NCBI GenBank assembly: GCA_916720285.1
Contig: CAKAQP010000001.1
Span: 1-50,433 of the forward strand
DNA from: an uncultured Lachnoanaerobaculum sp.
GTDB lineage: Bacteria; Bacillota; Clostridia; Lachnospirales; Lachnospiraceae
Direction of reading: 5' to 3'
Length of the DNA: 50,433 bases
A model generated the notes under the pieces. That model was not told the DNA's origin and did not search any database. It worked only from the letters and a program-made list of their open reading frames with translations. This document shows positions 27,274-37,129 of the stretch, piece by piece. Made by a program: the position numbers and the translations under genes. Numbering within the stretch: position 1 is the first letter of the stretch; the number at the start of each line of letters is the position of its first letter.

Positions 27274-29565
27274 CTACTTAAGTAAACCTGCTTTGTCAAA
27301 ATATTCATACAGTTTTTCCGGACGTAAAGGTAATTCATTAACACCTACACCTGTAGCATTCATAATAGCGTTTCTTATAGCCGGTGCCACAGGACAAACC
27401 GGTGGCTCACCCAATGATTTTGTACCGAATGGTGATGTAGGCTCAGGATTTTCAATAAATGCCGTCTCAAGATGTGGATGATCCATGCATGTAGAAAGCT
27501 TATAATCAAGCAGGTTATCATTTAAGACTTTTCCTGTCTTCTTATCTACAAGCTGTACCTCCGAGAGTGCATATCCTATACCCATACTCATACCGCCTTC
27601 AACCTGTGCCTTAGCAAGTGCAGGGTTGATAAGCTTACCGCAGTCATGTACATTTATTATCTTTGTGAGCTTTGCTTTACACATATCTATATCAACTTCA
27701 ACCTCTGCAAAACAGCATCCGAATGAATATGCATTTGACTTAATCTGTGCTGTAGACTCCGCTGTAATATGTCTGCTGTCACTTAGAGAATAAAGTGCTT
27801 CTGTTGCCAGATCTCTTAATGAAATAAGCTCTCTGTTATCTGTAGTTCTTATTATCATAGAATTCTTTATATCTGTAATTGCCGGTGGCATATTTGTCAA
27901 AATATAAGCATAGTCAAGAATCTTCTGCTTCAAAAGTCCTGCTGTCTTTGCAATAGAGAAACCACCTACATAGGTCTGTCTTGAAGCATATGAACCTGTA
28001 CCGAAAGGTGTAATATCGGTATCCTGGTTTGAAACAACATGCACTTCATCCGTGCTGATTCCAAGAACTTCTGCAGCCATCTGTGAGAATGCCGTATCAG
28101 CTCCCTGTCCTATCTCAGTCTCACCAAGCTGTAATGTTACAGAACCGTCCTGATTGAGTACCATTCTTGATGATGACGACTCAAGTGATATAGGCCAAAC
28201 CGCAGTATTATACCAAAATGCAGCCATTCCTATACCTGTTCTTACTCTGCCTGTCTGTTTTGAAAGCTCTTTGACTCTGTTATCATAGTCCATATAAGCT
28301 TTACCTTTTTCGATACATTGTCTGAATGTATCATAGTAGTTTTCATTCTTTGAAAAAGCGTCCTTATATCCCTGTGGCATAAGATTCTTAAGTCTGAAGT
28401 CGATAGGTGGAATACCCATTATCTTCGCAACATCTTCCGTATGAGACTCTACCGCAAACATAGCCTGCGGAATTCCGTATCCTCTCATAGCTCCCGCTAC
28501 AGGTCTGTTTGTAAATACCGTATATGCATCACCTTCAACATTATCACATGGATAAAGCTGTGGGAAGGCTCCGAGTCCCTTTGCCGCGATAGAATGTCCG
28601 TGTGAAGCATATGCACCCTGGTTTGAGAATGCTTCTATCTTTCTTGCGGCATATGTACCGTCTTTTCTTACATGTGAAATTATATGGAACTTTATACCAT
28701 GTCTTGTTCTGTTTGCAAAGAAAGTTTCCTCTCTGCTGCAATCAAGCTTTACAAGATGTCCTCCCACCTGTAATGAAAGGAATGCACAAAGCGGCTCATA
28801 TAATATATCCTGCTTATTTCCGAAGCCACCACCGATATAAGGCTTAATAACTCTTACATCTCCCCAAGGAATACCGAGAGCCTGACCTACAACTCTTCTT
28901 GCAATATGAGGAATCTGCGTAGAAGCTACTATCGTAATTCTTTTGCCTTCTGCATATGCGTAGCAGATAAAGTTCTCTATATGGCAATGCTGTACAGGTT
29001 CGGTATTATACCATCTGTCAACTACCGTAAGGCCCTCTTCTTTGATTGCCTCAGCATAATTACCTCTGCTAAGACTTGTGTGCTTTAAAATATTGTTAGG
29101 GTAATCCTTATGAATCTGTGGTGCACCGTCCTTCATAGCTTCCAAAACATCTGTAACCACAGGGTACTCTTCATATTCCACCTTTATAGCTCTGAGCGCC
29201 TGATTTGCAGCCACCTCATTTTCAGCTATAACAGCCGCAACATCATCACCGTAAAACTTAACTTCATCAGTGAGAAGTAATCTGTCTGCAACGTCCTGAT
29301 GGCTTACGTCTGTAGACCATGGATGTCCTGCTGTAGGGAAGTAATTTCTATACTGTCCAAGATCAAAGCAAGTGACAATCTTAACAACTCCCTCAATCTT
29401 CTTTGCCTCACTTGTGTCAACAGAAAGAACTTTTCCGTGAGCTATTGTGGAATGCACTATTTTTGCCACATATGCTCCCGCATCACATAAATCGTCAGTA
29501 TATTTTGTTCTACCTGTGACCTTGTCAAACGCATCCACTCTGGTGATACTTTTTCCAACCTCCAT
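27274..29565 (-). CDS. xdhA: Xanthine dehydrogenase molybdenum-binding subunit (E. coli XdhA-like)
   Basis: KVTGRTKY, GGGFGNKQ, GAMRGYG, EIGQG, YASRQT, QVEGG and KSLGE. Confidence 0.93.
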   Translation of the reverse strand: MEVGKSITRVDAFDKVTGRTKYTDDLCDAGAYVAKIVHSTIAHGKVLSVDTSEAKKIEGVVKIVTCFDLGQYRNYFPTAGHPWSTDVSHQDVADRLLLTDEVKFYGDDVAAVIAENEVAANQALRAIKVEYEEYPVVTDVLEAMKDGAPQIHKDYPNNILKHTSLSRGNYAEAIKEEGLTVVDRWYNTEPVQHCHIENFICYAYAEGKRITIVASTQIPHIARRVVGQALGIPWGDVRVIKPYIGGGFGNKQDILYEPLCAFLSLQVGGHLVKLDCSREETFFANRTRHGIKFHIISHVRKDGTYAARKIEAFSNQGAYASHGHSIAAKGLGAFPQLYPCDNVEGDAYTVFTNRPVAGAMRGYGIPQAMFAVESHTEDVAKIMGIPPIDFRLKNLMPQGYKDAFSKNENYYDTFRQCIEKGKAYMDYDNRVKELSKQTGRVRTGIGMAAFWYNTAVWPISLESSSSRMVLNQDGSVTLQLGETEIGQGADTAFSQMAAEVLGISTDEVHVVSNQDTDITPFGTGSYASRQTYVGGFSIAKTAGLLKQKILDYAYILTNMPPAITDIKNSMIIRTTDNRELISLRDLATEALYSLSDSRHITAESTAQIKSNAYSFGCCFAEVEVDIDMCKAKLTKIINVHDCGKLINPALAKAQVEGGMSMGIGYALSEVQLVDKKTGKVLNDNLLDYKLSTCMDHPHLETAFIENPEPTSPFGTKSLGEPPVCPVAPAIRNAIMNATGVGVNELPLRPEKLYEYFDKAGLLK

Positions 29566-29670
29566 ATTATTTCCTCTCTAATTTAATATTTTATATTATT
29601 TAATTTATATACCTTTACCATCTTGTAGCAATTAGCTTCCTCGTCTTTGTAAGTTGATAAAAATATAAAA

Positions 29671-30939
29671 TTAAACAGTGACCGTTTTTACTCCGGATAC
29701 ATATTTTGCTCTCAATGAGCATTCATCCGACAGATATAAGAATCTTTCAAATCTCTTTCTTATATCATCAATATCCTTATTCAATTCCTCATCATTTATT
29801 ACAAGCATATCCGCTTCAAATCCTTCTTCAAAGGCTCCCACCTTTCCGAAGTAACTTCCCGGAATCCTTGTTGCTATAGCAAATGCCTCAGCAAGCTCCA
29901 GAGGTTTTGAATTTTCATCTATATATCTCCAATAAAGCTTTGAAAGCCCTATTGCTTCTACCGCCTGGTTTAATATATTCAGCGAGTATCCCGCCGCTAT
30001 ATCACTTCCAAGCCCTACTTTTATACCCTTATCAAGAAATTTCCTTATAGGCGCTATTCCCGATGACAGACATATATTTGACTGCGGACAATGAGCTACA
30101 TACACATTTTTCTCCTTTAAAAGTTCAATCTCCTTATCATCAGAGTATACACAATGTGCCATAACCGTGTCTACCTTACTTTTATTCAGATTACCTCTTT
30201 TATTGTAAGCATCAAGATATCCGTCCGAATCCGGGCAAAGCTCCCTTACCCATTCGACTTCCTTGGGATTTTCCGATAAATGTGACTGTAATCCGTAAAT
30301 ATCTCCTCTAATCTTTCCAAGTTCTTTCATCAATTCATCACTGCAACTTGGAATAAATCTTGGAGTAATTATCGGCTTTATATTCTTATATCTGTCTTTA
30401 CAGATATCAAGCCATTTAACTGTAGAATCTATAGATGACTCTGTAGTTTCAATAAGTTCATCTGTAGAATTTCTGTCCATGTTTACCTTACCTACAAAAC
30501 ATTTCAATCCGCTCTTTTCCAGCATATCCATCAACAGTATTGTAGCATCCGTATGCAAGGTCGCAAATACTACCGCTCTTGTGGAATAACTTTTAGACAA
30601 TGTATCCACGAATTTTTTATAGGCTTTTTTTGCATATTCTATATCCTTGTATTTGGCTTCTTCGGGAAATGTATATGTATTGAGCCAATCTAAAAGTTCC
30701 ATATCCATTCCAAGCCCTCTGAAGGCAAATTGAGGTGCATGAAGATGCATATCTATAAGTCCCGGTAATATCAAAGAATCTCCGTAATCTTCTATCTCCT
30801 CATTCTTTAAAGCATCAGGAAGCTCGTCTTGCGAATATATTTTTGATATAACGCCGTTTTCAACTACTAAAAAGCTGTTTTCTCTTATCCTGATCGTACC
30901 TTTTTTTGTACAATCCACCAAATTTCCTTTAACTATCAT
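29671..30939 (-). CDS. guaD: Guanine deaminase
   Basis: PGLIDMHLHAPQ, LLDWLNTYTFPEE, ITPRF, QSHLSEN, MAHC, HCPQSN and GLGSD. Start at ATG 30939 behind AGGGGAG; the longer ORF runs into the riboswitch. Confidence 0.92.
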   Translation of the reverse strand: MIVKGNLVDCTKKGTIRIRENSFLVVENGVISKIYSQDELPDALKNEEIEDYGDSLILPGLIDMHLHAPQFAFRGLGMDMELLDWLNTYTFPEEAKYKDIEYAKKAYKKFVDTLSKSYSTRAVVFATLHTDATILLMDMLEKSGLKCFVGKVNMDRNSTDELIETTESSIDSTVKWLDICKDRYKNIKPIITPRFIPSCSDELMKELGKIRGDIYGLQSHLSENPKEVEWVRELCPDSDGYLDAYNKRGNLNKSKVDTVMAHCVYSDDKEIELLKEKNVYVAHCPQSNICLSSGIAPIRKFLDKGIKVGLGSDIAAGYSLNILNQAVEAIGLSKLYWRYIDENSKPLELAEAFAIATRIPGSYFGKVGAFEEGFEADMLVINDEELNKDIDDIRKRFERFLYLSDECSLRAKYVSGVKTVTV

Positions 30940-30953
30940 ATTCTCCCCTAATA

Positions 30954-30995
30954 AAAATATGAGGTGCTTTCCATTGTGCATGGAAACACACCTCA
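30954..30995 (-). terminator. Terminator-like hairpin of the riboswitch expression platform
   Basis: Minus strand TGAGGTGTGTTTCCATGCACAATGGAAAGCACCTCA-TATTTTT. Confidence 0.65.
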
Positions 30996-31015
30996 CTCCA
31001 CCCACAATTTCTGTG

Positions 31016-31081
31016 GGCCTATAGTCAATTATTACGGTAATTGGTAGAGACGCTCAACCGATTATGAGCTTATATTAGGCC
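31016..31081 (-). ncRNA. Purine (guanine-type) riboswitch aptamer, compact variant
   Basis: Minus strand GGCCUAAUA-UAA-GCUCAU AAUCGG UUGAGC-GUCUCUAC-CAAUUA CCGUAA UAAUUG-AC-UAUAGGCC. Three-way junction, GG/CC kissing loops, discriminator C74. Confidence 0.88.
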
Positions 31082-31156
31082 TCTAAATCAATATTTTTAT
31101 GTATTTCTTCTAAAAGAACACATTCAAATATAACTCAAGTATCAATTTATATATAA

Positions 31157-31185
31157 AGGATATCACCTAATTAATTTTTAGTCAA
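31157..31185 (-). promoter_or_regulatory. Promoter for the riboswitch-guaD transcript
   Basis: TTGACT-17 bp-TATCCT with a TG extended -10. Confidence 0.55.
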
Positions 31186-31272
31186 ACTTTTTTAGAGTTT
31201 TTTATATGAATTATGCCATATATTTATTTAAATTATCAATATATCTATAAGATTTGTCCTATTATATTTTTT

Positions 31273-31863
31273 TCAATGTATTTTCTCAAGTACATGAGAG
31301 TACGCCTCTTTTGTATCAATATCCAAAAGCTCATCCTCATTTTCTATATCCACGAATAAAACCTCGCAAATATGCGCTTTTATAAGCTTTTTACCACCTT
31401 CTTCTTCTCCAAGTAAGAGAAGTTCATCAAAGCATTCACTTGAAAATATACATGGATTTCCAAGCCTGTTTTTGCATCTTACACTACTTATAGTTTTATT
31501 CGATTTTTGAAATTCATCTATTATCTTTGATATCGTTTCGGACCTTAGCAAAGGCTGATCGCATACACCGAAAAGTACACTGCCTGAATTCTCAATATTT
31601 TTCAGTTTACTCACCGCAAGCTTTATTGATCTTGATTTACCAAGCTCCGGCTTGTCATTATATATGGTTATAAATCCGTTCTTTTTATAATAATCTAAAA
31701 TCTCGGTGTCCTTACCGACTATTATCTTATTGTCAAAGTCATATGCCCTTTTATATATCTTTTCCATATATTGATAGAGCTTAACACCTTTTATATCTGC
31801 CAAAAGCTTGTCTCCGCCAAATCGTTTACCTTCTCCTGCGGCCAAAATCACCAGATCCATCAA
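31273..31863 (-). CDS. Molybdenum cofactor cytidylyltransferase-like nucleotidyltransferase (MocA/YgfJ)
   Basis: ILAAGEGKRFGGDKL, CDQP, GNPCIF and DIDT; yqeB/yqeC/xdh context. Confidence 0.82.
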   Translation of the reverse strand: MMDLVILAAGEGKRFGGDKLLADIKGVKLYQYMEKIYKRAYDFDNKIIVGKDTEILDYYKKNGFITIYNDKPELGKSRSIKLAVSKLKNIENSGSVLFGVCDQPLLRSETISKIIDEFQKSNKTISSVRCKNRLGNPCIFSSECFDELLLLGEEEGGKKLIKAHICEVLFVDIENEDELLDIDTKEAYSHVLEKIH

Positions 31864-32663
31864 GCTCTCCTGCCGCTTATTTTGCTAAGTATAGCTTCGA
31901 GTACTCCACCGCCTATGGCGCTTGCCTTATCCGATACACTGAAGCAATATTCCCTTTCGGCTCTCGGATCCACATCACCGGATTTCATACCTTTCTTTAC
32001 CTTTACACCGTCTTGCAAAAGTCCTCTTACAATACCGTCAATGTTCGCATATACAGGTGTTTCATCACAGTATGCCAGCAAATCTCCGGCCTTTACAAAG
32101 TCTCCGATATTTACCTTTGCGCTGAATATTCCGTCTGCAGTTGCTCTTATGATTCTTTCCACAGTGTATCCGCCTATATTTCCGGGAACTCCTGTATTTG
32201 GATAAGCACTTCCGCTCCATATTACTCTTCCAAGATTATGTCCTCTTTTGGTTTCAACTACGGCATGACAGTCAACTCCTGCTTCAAATCCCGGACCGAC
32301 ACCTATTACAATATCCGCATCGGTTATTTTAGTACCTATATTTGTCTTTGCAATAATTGCATCCACTATAATATCAGGCTTATATTCCTTCATGATCTCA
32401 CCACTTGGATCCACTATTACAGGTATACATCCCGACTCAATTACAGTTTCAATCATTGAAGTATTTTCGCAGAGTTTTCCGGTTATTCCTTCAACCTGTG
32501 TCTCACCTGTATAAACGGCAGGTGAAAATGCAACCGTTCTTCTTACTGTAGTTGGTATGGCGATATCCGACATAATTATGTCAAATCCCGATCTGTACAA
32601 CCTTAAAGCAATTCCTGTTGCCAAATCCCCGGCACCTCTTATCCAAATTTTTTTGTCCATCAT
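31860..32663 (-). CDS. yqeB: Selenium-dependent molybdenum hydroxylase system protein YqeB
   Basis: RGAGDLATG, VRRTVAF, DAIIAK, GPGF, ETKRGHNLG and GDVDPR...SDKASAIGGGVLEA. Confidence 0.92.
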   Translation of the reverse strand: MMDKKIWIRGAGDLATGIALRLYRSGFDIIMSDIAIPTTVRRTVAFSPAVYTGETQVEGITGKLCENTSMIETVIESGCIPVIVDPSGEIMKEYKPDIIVDAIIAKTNIGTKITDADIVIGVGPGFEAGVDCHAVVETKRGHNLGRVIWSGSAYPNTGVPGNIGGYTVERIIRATADGIFSAKVNIGDFVKAGDLLAYCDETPVYANIDGIVRGLLQDGVKVKKGMKSGDVDPRAEREYCFSVSDKASAIGGGVLEAILSKISGRRA

Positions 32664-32674
32664 AAACCTTCTCT

Positions 32675-33376
32675 CTAAGCTAGAAATTCAAAATCACAAA
32701 ACTCTCTGTTATTATTATATGAAGTTATTGAAACTTTGAAATTTTTAAAACTGTTTTCTTCACAAAAAATATTTATATATTTTTCTATCTCTAAAGCCTT
32801 TCTCACCTCTTCTTTAGTGTCGGCCTTATTTATAATAAATAAAGTTTTTCTGTTATTTATTCCTTTAAACTCCGCCCTCTTATCTGTCAATATCCTTGCA
32901 GCATCCTCTTCACTGAGTATATGATCTTCATCCCAACCAAAAATTTCTGCAGCTCTTTCATACCTGAAACATTTTTCGCTTATCTTTTTTCCGACAGCAT
33001 CAATACCAATACATACTATACAAATATCTGTATTTTCAGGTATTACCGGCTCTCCTTCTCTTGGAATTTTTATCGGTAAGCGCTTTGCTCCGTCCGCTTC
33101 AACCAATACTATATCGGCAAATTTGTCGAGCTCCTGCACCTCTATTATATCAAGAGATGATAATTTTTCACCTGCATTTTTTCCTATAACCACAGGTTCA
33201 TCCCTAAACTCCAATTTTTCAAGTTCTTTTGCGGAATCAATCAGAGTATATACATCCGGTTTTACTATATGAGTTGTTGTGGTAATAACTACTTTTTTGC
33301 CCTTTTTGGCAAAATATCTCCCTATATAAAACATGGTGGTGGTTTTTCCACCACCACCAACTAATGAAATTATCAT
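32675..33376 (-). CDS. yqeC: Selenium cofactor biosynthesis protein YqeC
   Basis: VGGGGKTT, TTTTHI and LVEADGAKRLPIK.P...EPVIP. Confidence 0.9.
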   Translation of the reverse strand: MIISLVGGGGKTTTMFYIGRYFAKKGKKVVITTTTHIVKPDVYTLIDSAKELEKLEFRDEPVVIGKNAGEKLSSLDIIEVQELDKFADIVLVEADGAKRLPIKIPREGEPVIPENTDICIVCIGIDAVGKKISEKCFRYERAAEIFGWDEDHILSEEDAARILTDKRAEFKGINNRKTLFIINKADTKEEVRKALEIEKYINIFCEENSFKNFKVSITSYNNNREFCDFEFLA

Positions 33377-34756
33377 TTATTGCATACCAACCAATTTCTT
33401 TACATCCATATCCTTCGGCAATACGAAGTTTAATATCATTGAAAGTACAAATACACCTGCCACAGAGTTACCTGCAAAAATATCTCCTATAACCTTCGGG
33501 AAATAATCAAATATACCCGGTGTCTGAGTAAATCCTATTCCGATACTTATAGCCAATGCCACAATTACAGTATTTCTCTGATTGAATCCACATTTTCCGA
33601 TCATGTTCATACCGCTTACTACGATAGTACCGAACATCATTATTGTACATCCGCCAAGTACAGGCTGTGGCAATGTTGAAAAGAATGCTCCTATAGGAGG
33701 GAACAATCCTGCAAGAATAAGTGTAAGTGCACCAAACATAATAGTAAATCTGTTTACTACCTTTGTCATTGCGATAAGTCCTACATTCTGTGAAAATGAT
33801 GTTATAGGAGTACAACCGAACAATCCTGATACGGCACTTAAGAAACCGTCACATGCAAGTGATCCTGATATTTCCTTCTCTGTGATATCTCTGTCAAGTC
33901 CGCCTGCAACAACCGCTGTGGTATCACCTATAGTCTCTGCTGCAGATACAAGAAAAACAACCACTATAGATAAAATTGCACTTATATTAAACATAGGCTT
34001 ATATGGTAATATTCTAGGTAATGCTACAAAACCTACTTCCTTTATTGTTTCTGCAAAATGTGAGAAATCAACTATTCCAAATATGAAAGAAGCGATATAT
34101 CCAACTACAAGACCGAACATTACATTAAGCTGCTTCCAAAATCCTTTAGCTAATGAGCTAAATGTTATACATGATACCAGTGTTATAAGTCCTACAAGCA
34201 TATATTTAGGAGCACCGAAATCATCAACATATCCGCCTCCGAAGCTTTTTGCACCTACTCCAAGCAACGAAAATCCGATTGTAGTAACAACGCTCGCCGA
34301 CACTATAGGTGAAATTATCTTCTTCCAGTACTTATAGGTCAGGCCCAGACAACCTTCTACACATCCGCCAACTATTACCGCACCTATCATCGTTTGGTAA
34401 TTAAAGTTCGAGGCTATGTAGGTCAGAGTTGCAACAAAGGTAAAACTTACACCCATTACAACCGGCAGCCTTGCACCTACTCTCCATACCGGATACAGCT
34501 GAATCAATGTACCCAGACCTGCTATAAACATAGCACTTTGCAAAAGTCTTGCAAGATCAACACCGCTGATACCCGGCACATCGCTTCCAAGCAACTTTGC
34601 CACACCACATACCATAGCTATCGGCGCAAGATTTGAAACGAACATGGCCATAACATGTTGCAGTCCGAAAGGTATTGCTTTTGCCACAGGAACTCTTCCG
34701 TCCAATTTGTAAATATTGTCAATACTTACATTTGAACTGCTTGTCTTTTCACTCAT
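33377..34756 (-). CDS. NCS2/NAT xanthine-uracil-type permease
   Basis: GLQHVMAMF, LPVVMGVSF, ETIGD, NAT motif FSQNVGLI and PVLGG. Start at ATG 34756. Confidence 0.9.
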   Translation of the reverse strand: MSEKTSSSNVSIDNIYKLDGRVPVAKAIPFGLQHVMAMFVSNLAPIAMVCGVAKLLGSDVPGISGVDLARLLQSAMFIAGLGTLIQLYPVWRVGARLPVVMGVSFTFVATLTYIASNFNYQTMIGAVIVGGCVEGCLGLTYKYWKKIISPIVSASVVTTIGFSLLGVGAKSFGGGYVDDFGAPKYMLVGLITLVSCITFSSLAKGFWKQLNVMFGLVVGYIASFIFGIVDFSHFAETIKEVGFVALPRILPYKPMFNISAILSIVVVFLVSAAETIGDTTAVVAGGLDRDITEKEISGSLACDGFLSAVSGLFGCTPITSFSQNVGLIAMTKVVNRFTIMFGALTLILAGLFPPIGAFFSTLPQPVLGGCTIMMFGTIVVSGMNMIGKCGFNQRNTVIVALAISIGIGFTQTPGIFDYFPKVIGDIFAGNSVAGVFVLSMILNFVLPKDMDVKKLVGMQ

Positions 34757-34982
34757 TTTAATCCTCCTTAAAAAAGACATTTATTTTTACATCTCTTAGA
34801 GATGAAATGTACTAAGGATCAATATTTAAATTCCCCTTTGTTAAAAATATATCAATTCAAAAAGTTTAAATACGCATCAGATATTCTCTGATGCGTCAAA
34901 TATCTACATATTGATTATTTAATTGTAAACTTTCCTTTGGTATATTTAATAAAAAAATATTGTTACAGCTTTTATTTTTTAT

Positions 34983-35011
34983 ATACTATCATTTTTTCTT
35001 ACAAAAATCAA
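34983..35011 (-). promoter_or_regulatory. Candidate promoter for the permease-yqeC-yqeB-mocA operon
   Basis: TTGATT-17 bp-TAGTAT with a TG extended -10. Confidence 0.45.
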
Positions 35012-35106
35012 TCTAAATATTATTTTTTATGAGCGTATCATACTATTTTTTAGACCAAACATATTAATATTTTACATATTTGTTTAACACTGTTTATTAT
35101 ATAGTT

Positions 35107-35343
35107 TTAATGCCAAACCTTACTTGCTTTATCATACAGAGGATTTTCTTTTTTAATCAAGTTATCTATTAAATCCGCCGACTCAAAAGGAACACACCAT
35201 GCCAGTCCGCAACCTGAGGAAAGTTCTTTCGGAACAGGTATCAACCTTCCCGGTACATTTTCTTTTGTACACAAACTTTCAAATGCCATTGCGGCTGTGG
35301 TGGTTTGAAAGGTCACTATATATTTCCAACTTTTTTCTCTCAT
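35107..35343 (-). CDS. DUF3343 small protein (putative Se/S carrier)
   Basis: TFQTTTAAMAFE and RLIPVPKELSSGCGLAW; 1-nt stop/start overlap with the desulfurase gene. Confidence 0.82.
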   Translation of the reverse strand: MREKSWKYIVTFQTTTAAMAFESLCTKENVPGRLIPVPKELSSGCGLAWCVPFESADLIDNLIKKENPLYDKASKVWH

Positions 35344-36503
35344 TATTCTTCCACTATTTCTTTTAACGCTTTTATAACAGCATCTATTTCTTCCTCTGTA
35401 TTAAAATATGAGAACGAAAATCTTGCTATTCCCTCGTCAGCCGTTCCCAACGCCTTATGCATCAAGGGCGCACAGTGCGCACCTGCCCTTATGGCTATAT
35501 CATAATCCTCACCAAGATAATCAGCCAAATCTCCAGAATGAATTCCGTCTATATTTATCGGCAAAATACTTCCATGCCTTATATACTCCGGTTCTTTTTC
35601 AAATTCGGAACAATCCGTATAAAACTTTATACCTTTTATATCCTTTACACCGTTATAAAGCCTTTTTAACAGACTCATCTCTTTTTTATGAATATTTGTA
35701 ATTCCAATTTCATTTATAAAATCAATTCCGGCACCAAGTCCTGCAATACCCATAATATTTAAAGTTCCTGCCTCTAATCTTGTGGGATACTCATCAGGTT
35801 GCTCCTTATTAAAGGATTGCACACCGCTTCCTCCTACCTTAAAGGTATCTATCAAAATATCGGAATTTATAACTATACCTCCTGTACCCCCCGGTCCGAA
35901 CAGTCCCTTATGACCTGTAAAACAAAGGATGTCTATCCCCGTTTTATTCATATCTATCTTGATATTTCCGGCACTTTGAGATACATCCACTATAAAATAC
36001 AGATTATTCTTCCTTGCTGTTTTTCCAATGTACTCTAAATTCGCTATTTCTCCGGACACATTAGATACATGGTTTACAATTATAGCCTTTGTATTTTCTT
36101 TTATATGCTTTTCAAATTCGTCATATTTTAATTTGCCGCTTTCATCTATTCCGATAAAATCAATGTCTATATTCTTGGTTTTTTCAAGCTTATAGAGCGG
36201 TCTAAGCACGCTGTTATGCTCCGTTACCGTACTTATTACATGATCGCCGCTACCGAATAGTCCGAACAATACGATATTTAAACTCTCTGTGGCATTGGAC
36301 GTAAAAATCACTTTTGAGGGGTCGCTGCTTCCGAAAAATTTTGAAATCTTTTCTCTTGTTTCATAGACCATTCTACCCGAATCAAGTGCGGCCCTGTATG
36401 CACCTCTACCACTGTTTCCATAAGATGTAAGTGCATGATTTATAGCTTCTATTACATTTATCGGTTTTTTGAATGTAGTGGCAGCATTATCCAAATAAAT
36501 CAT
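35343..36503 (-). CDS. Cysteine desulfurase/selenocysteine lyase family PLP enzyme
   Basis: IYLDNAATT, NATESLN, EHNSV, DVSQ, TGHK and RAGAHCAP. Confidence 0.9.
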   Translation of the reverse strand: MIYLDNAATTFKKPINVIEAINHALTSYGNSGRGAYRAALDSGRMVYETREKISKFFGSSDPSKVIFTSNATESLNIVLFGLFGSGDHVISTVTEHNSVLRPLYKLEKTKNIDIDFIGIDESGKLKYDEFEKHIKENTKAIIVNHVSNVSGEIANLEYIGKTARKNNLYFIVDVSQSAGNIKIDMNKTGIDILCFTGHKGLFGPGGTGGIVINSDILIDTFKVGGSGVQSFNKEQPDEYPTRLEAGTLNIMGIAGLGAGIDFINEIGITNIHKKEMSLLKRLYNGVKDIKGIKFYTDCSEFEKEPEYIRHGSILPINIDGIHSGDLADYLGEDYDIAIRAGAHCAPLMHKALGTADEGIARFSFSYFNTEEEIDAVIKALKEIVEE

Positions 36504-37120
36504 TATGGTCTGATCACAAGGTCCGCTTCCATGAGATAACTTACAATATCATACATATTTGTTACCTCGCCTACCGAAAGCTTCTCGCTGAGTCCGTAGT
36601 TGTTAAGACATGCACCGCAGGAATAGATTTTTGCACCTGCTTTTTCCAAAACCTTCAAATCTTCAATACTTGCAGAACCCTCCGTAGTAATTCTTACACC
36701 TGTATTGTAGAACAGAATTTTTGCAGGTGGTATATCCTGTGAACTGAGAGCATAGATAAAGCCCTTTAAAAGAGTCTTACTGAACTCTTCATCACCGTCA
36801 CCCATCTTATCTGAATCTATTACCACAATTGTTTCTTTTAATTTTATCTCATCAGACTTTGCATTTGTCTTAGCAACAGGCTTAGCATCAAAAACTTCTC
36901 CACCGTTTACATTTATAGTAACGATGTACTCTGTATTTGACTTTTTCTCAAAAGAAGCCTCATACTCTTTTTGCTTTGCCATCTTTAAAAGGTTTTGTAC
37001 CGCAATCTCATTGTCAACACTGACCTCTACTACTCCGCTTCCTCCAAGCTCTCTTATTGCATTCTTTGTCTTAACTACAGGTATAGGACATGCATCCCCT
37101 ATTGCATTTACTTTTATCAT
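36503..37120 (-). CDS. yedF: Selenium metabolism protein YedF (TusA-like + DsrE-like domains)
   Basis: GDACPIPVV at the N-terminus; SCGACL and VTNMY at the C-terminus. Confidence 0.88.
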   Translation of the reverse strand: MIKVNAIGDACPIPVVKTKNAIRELGGSGVVEVSVDNEIAVQNLLKMAKQKEYEASFEKKSNTEYIVTINVNGGEVFDAKPVAKTNAKSDEIKLKETIVVIDSDKMGDGDEEFSKTLLKGFIYALSSQDIPPAKILFYNTGVRITTEGSASIEDLKVLEKAGAKIYSCGACLNNYGLSEKLSVGEVTNMYDIVSYLMEADLVIRP

Positions 37121-37129
37121 ATTATCCTC

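Noticed and set aside
30940..31005. N-terminal extension of guaD in the ORF track
   Set aside because: It overlaps the riboswitch expression platform; the RBS and ATG are at about 30945-30951 and 30939.
33333..33359. Inverted repeat TGGTGGTGG...CCACCACCA
   Set aside because: It lies inside yqeC and is explained by the codons of the GGGGKTTT P-loop.
33582..34337. 251-aa plus-strand ORF
   Set aside because: Antisense shadow of the NCS2 permease, with no RBS or recognisable motifs. The other short ORFs overlapping real genes were rejected for the same reason.
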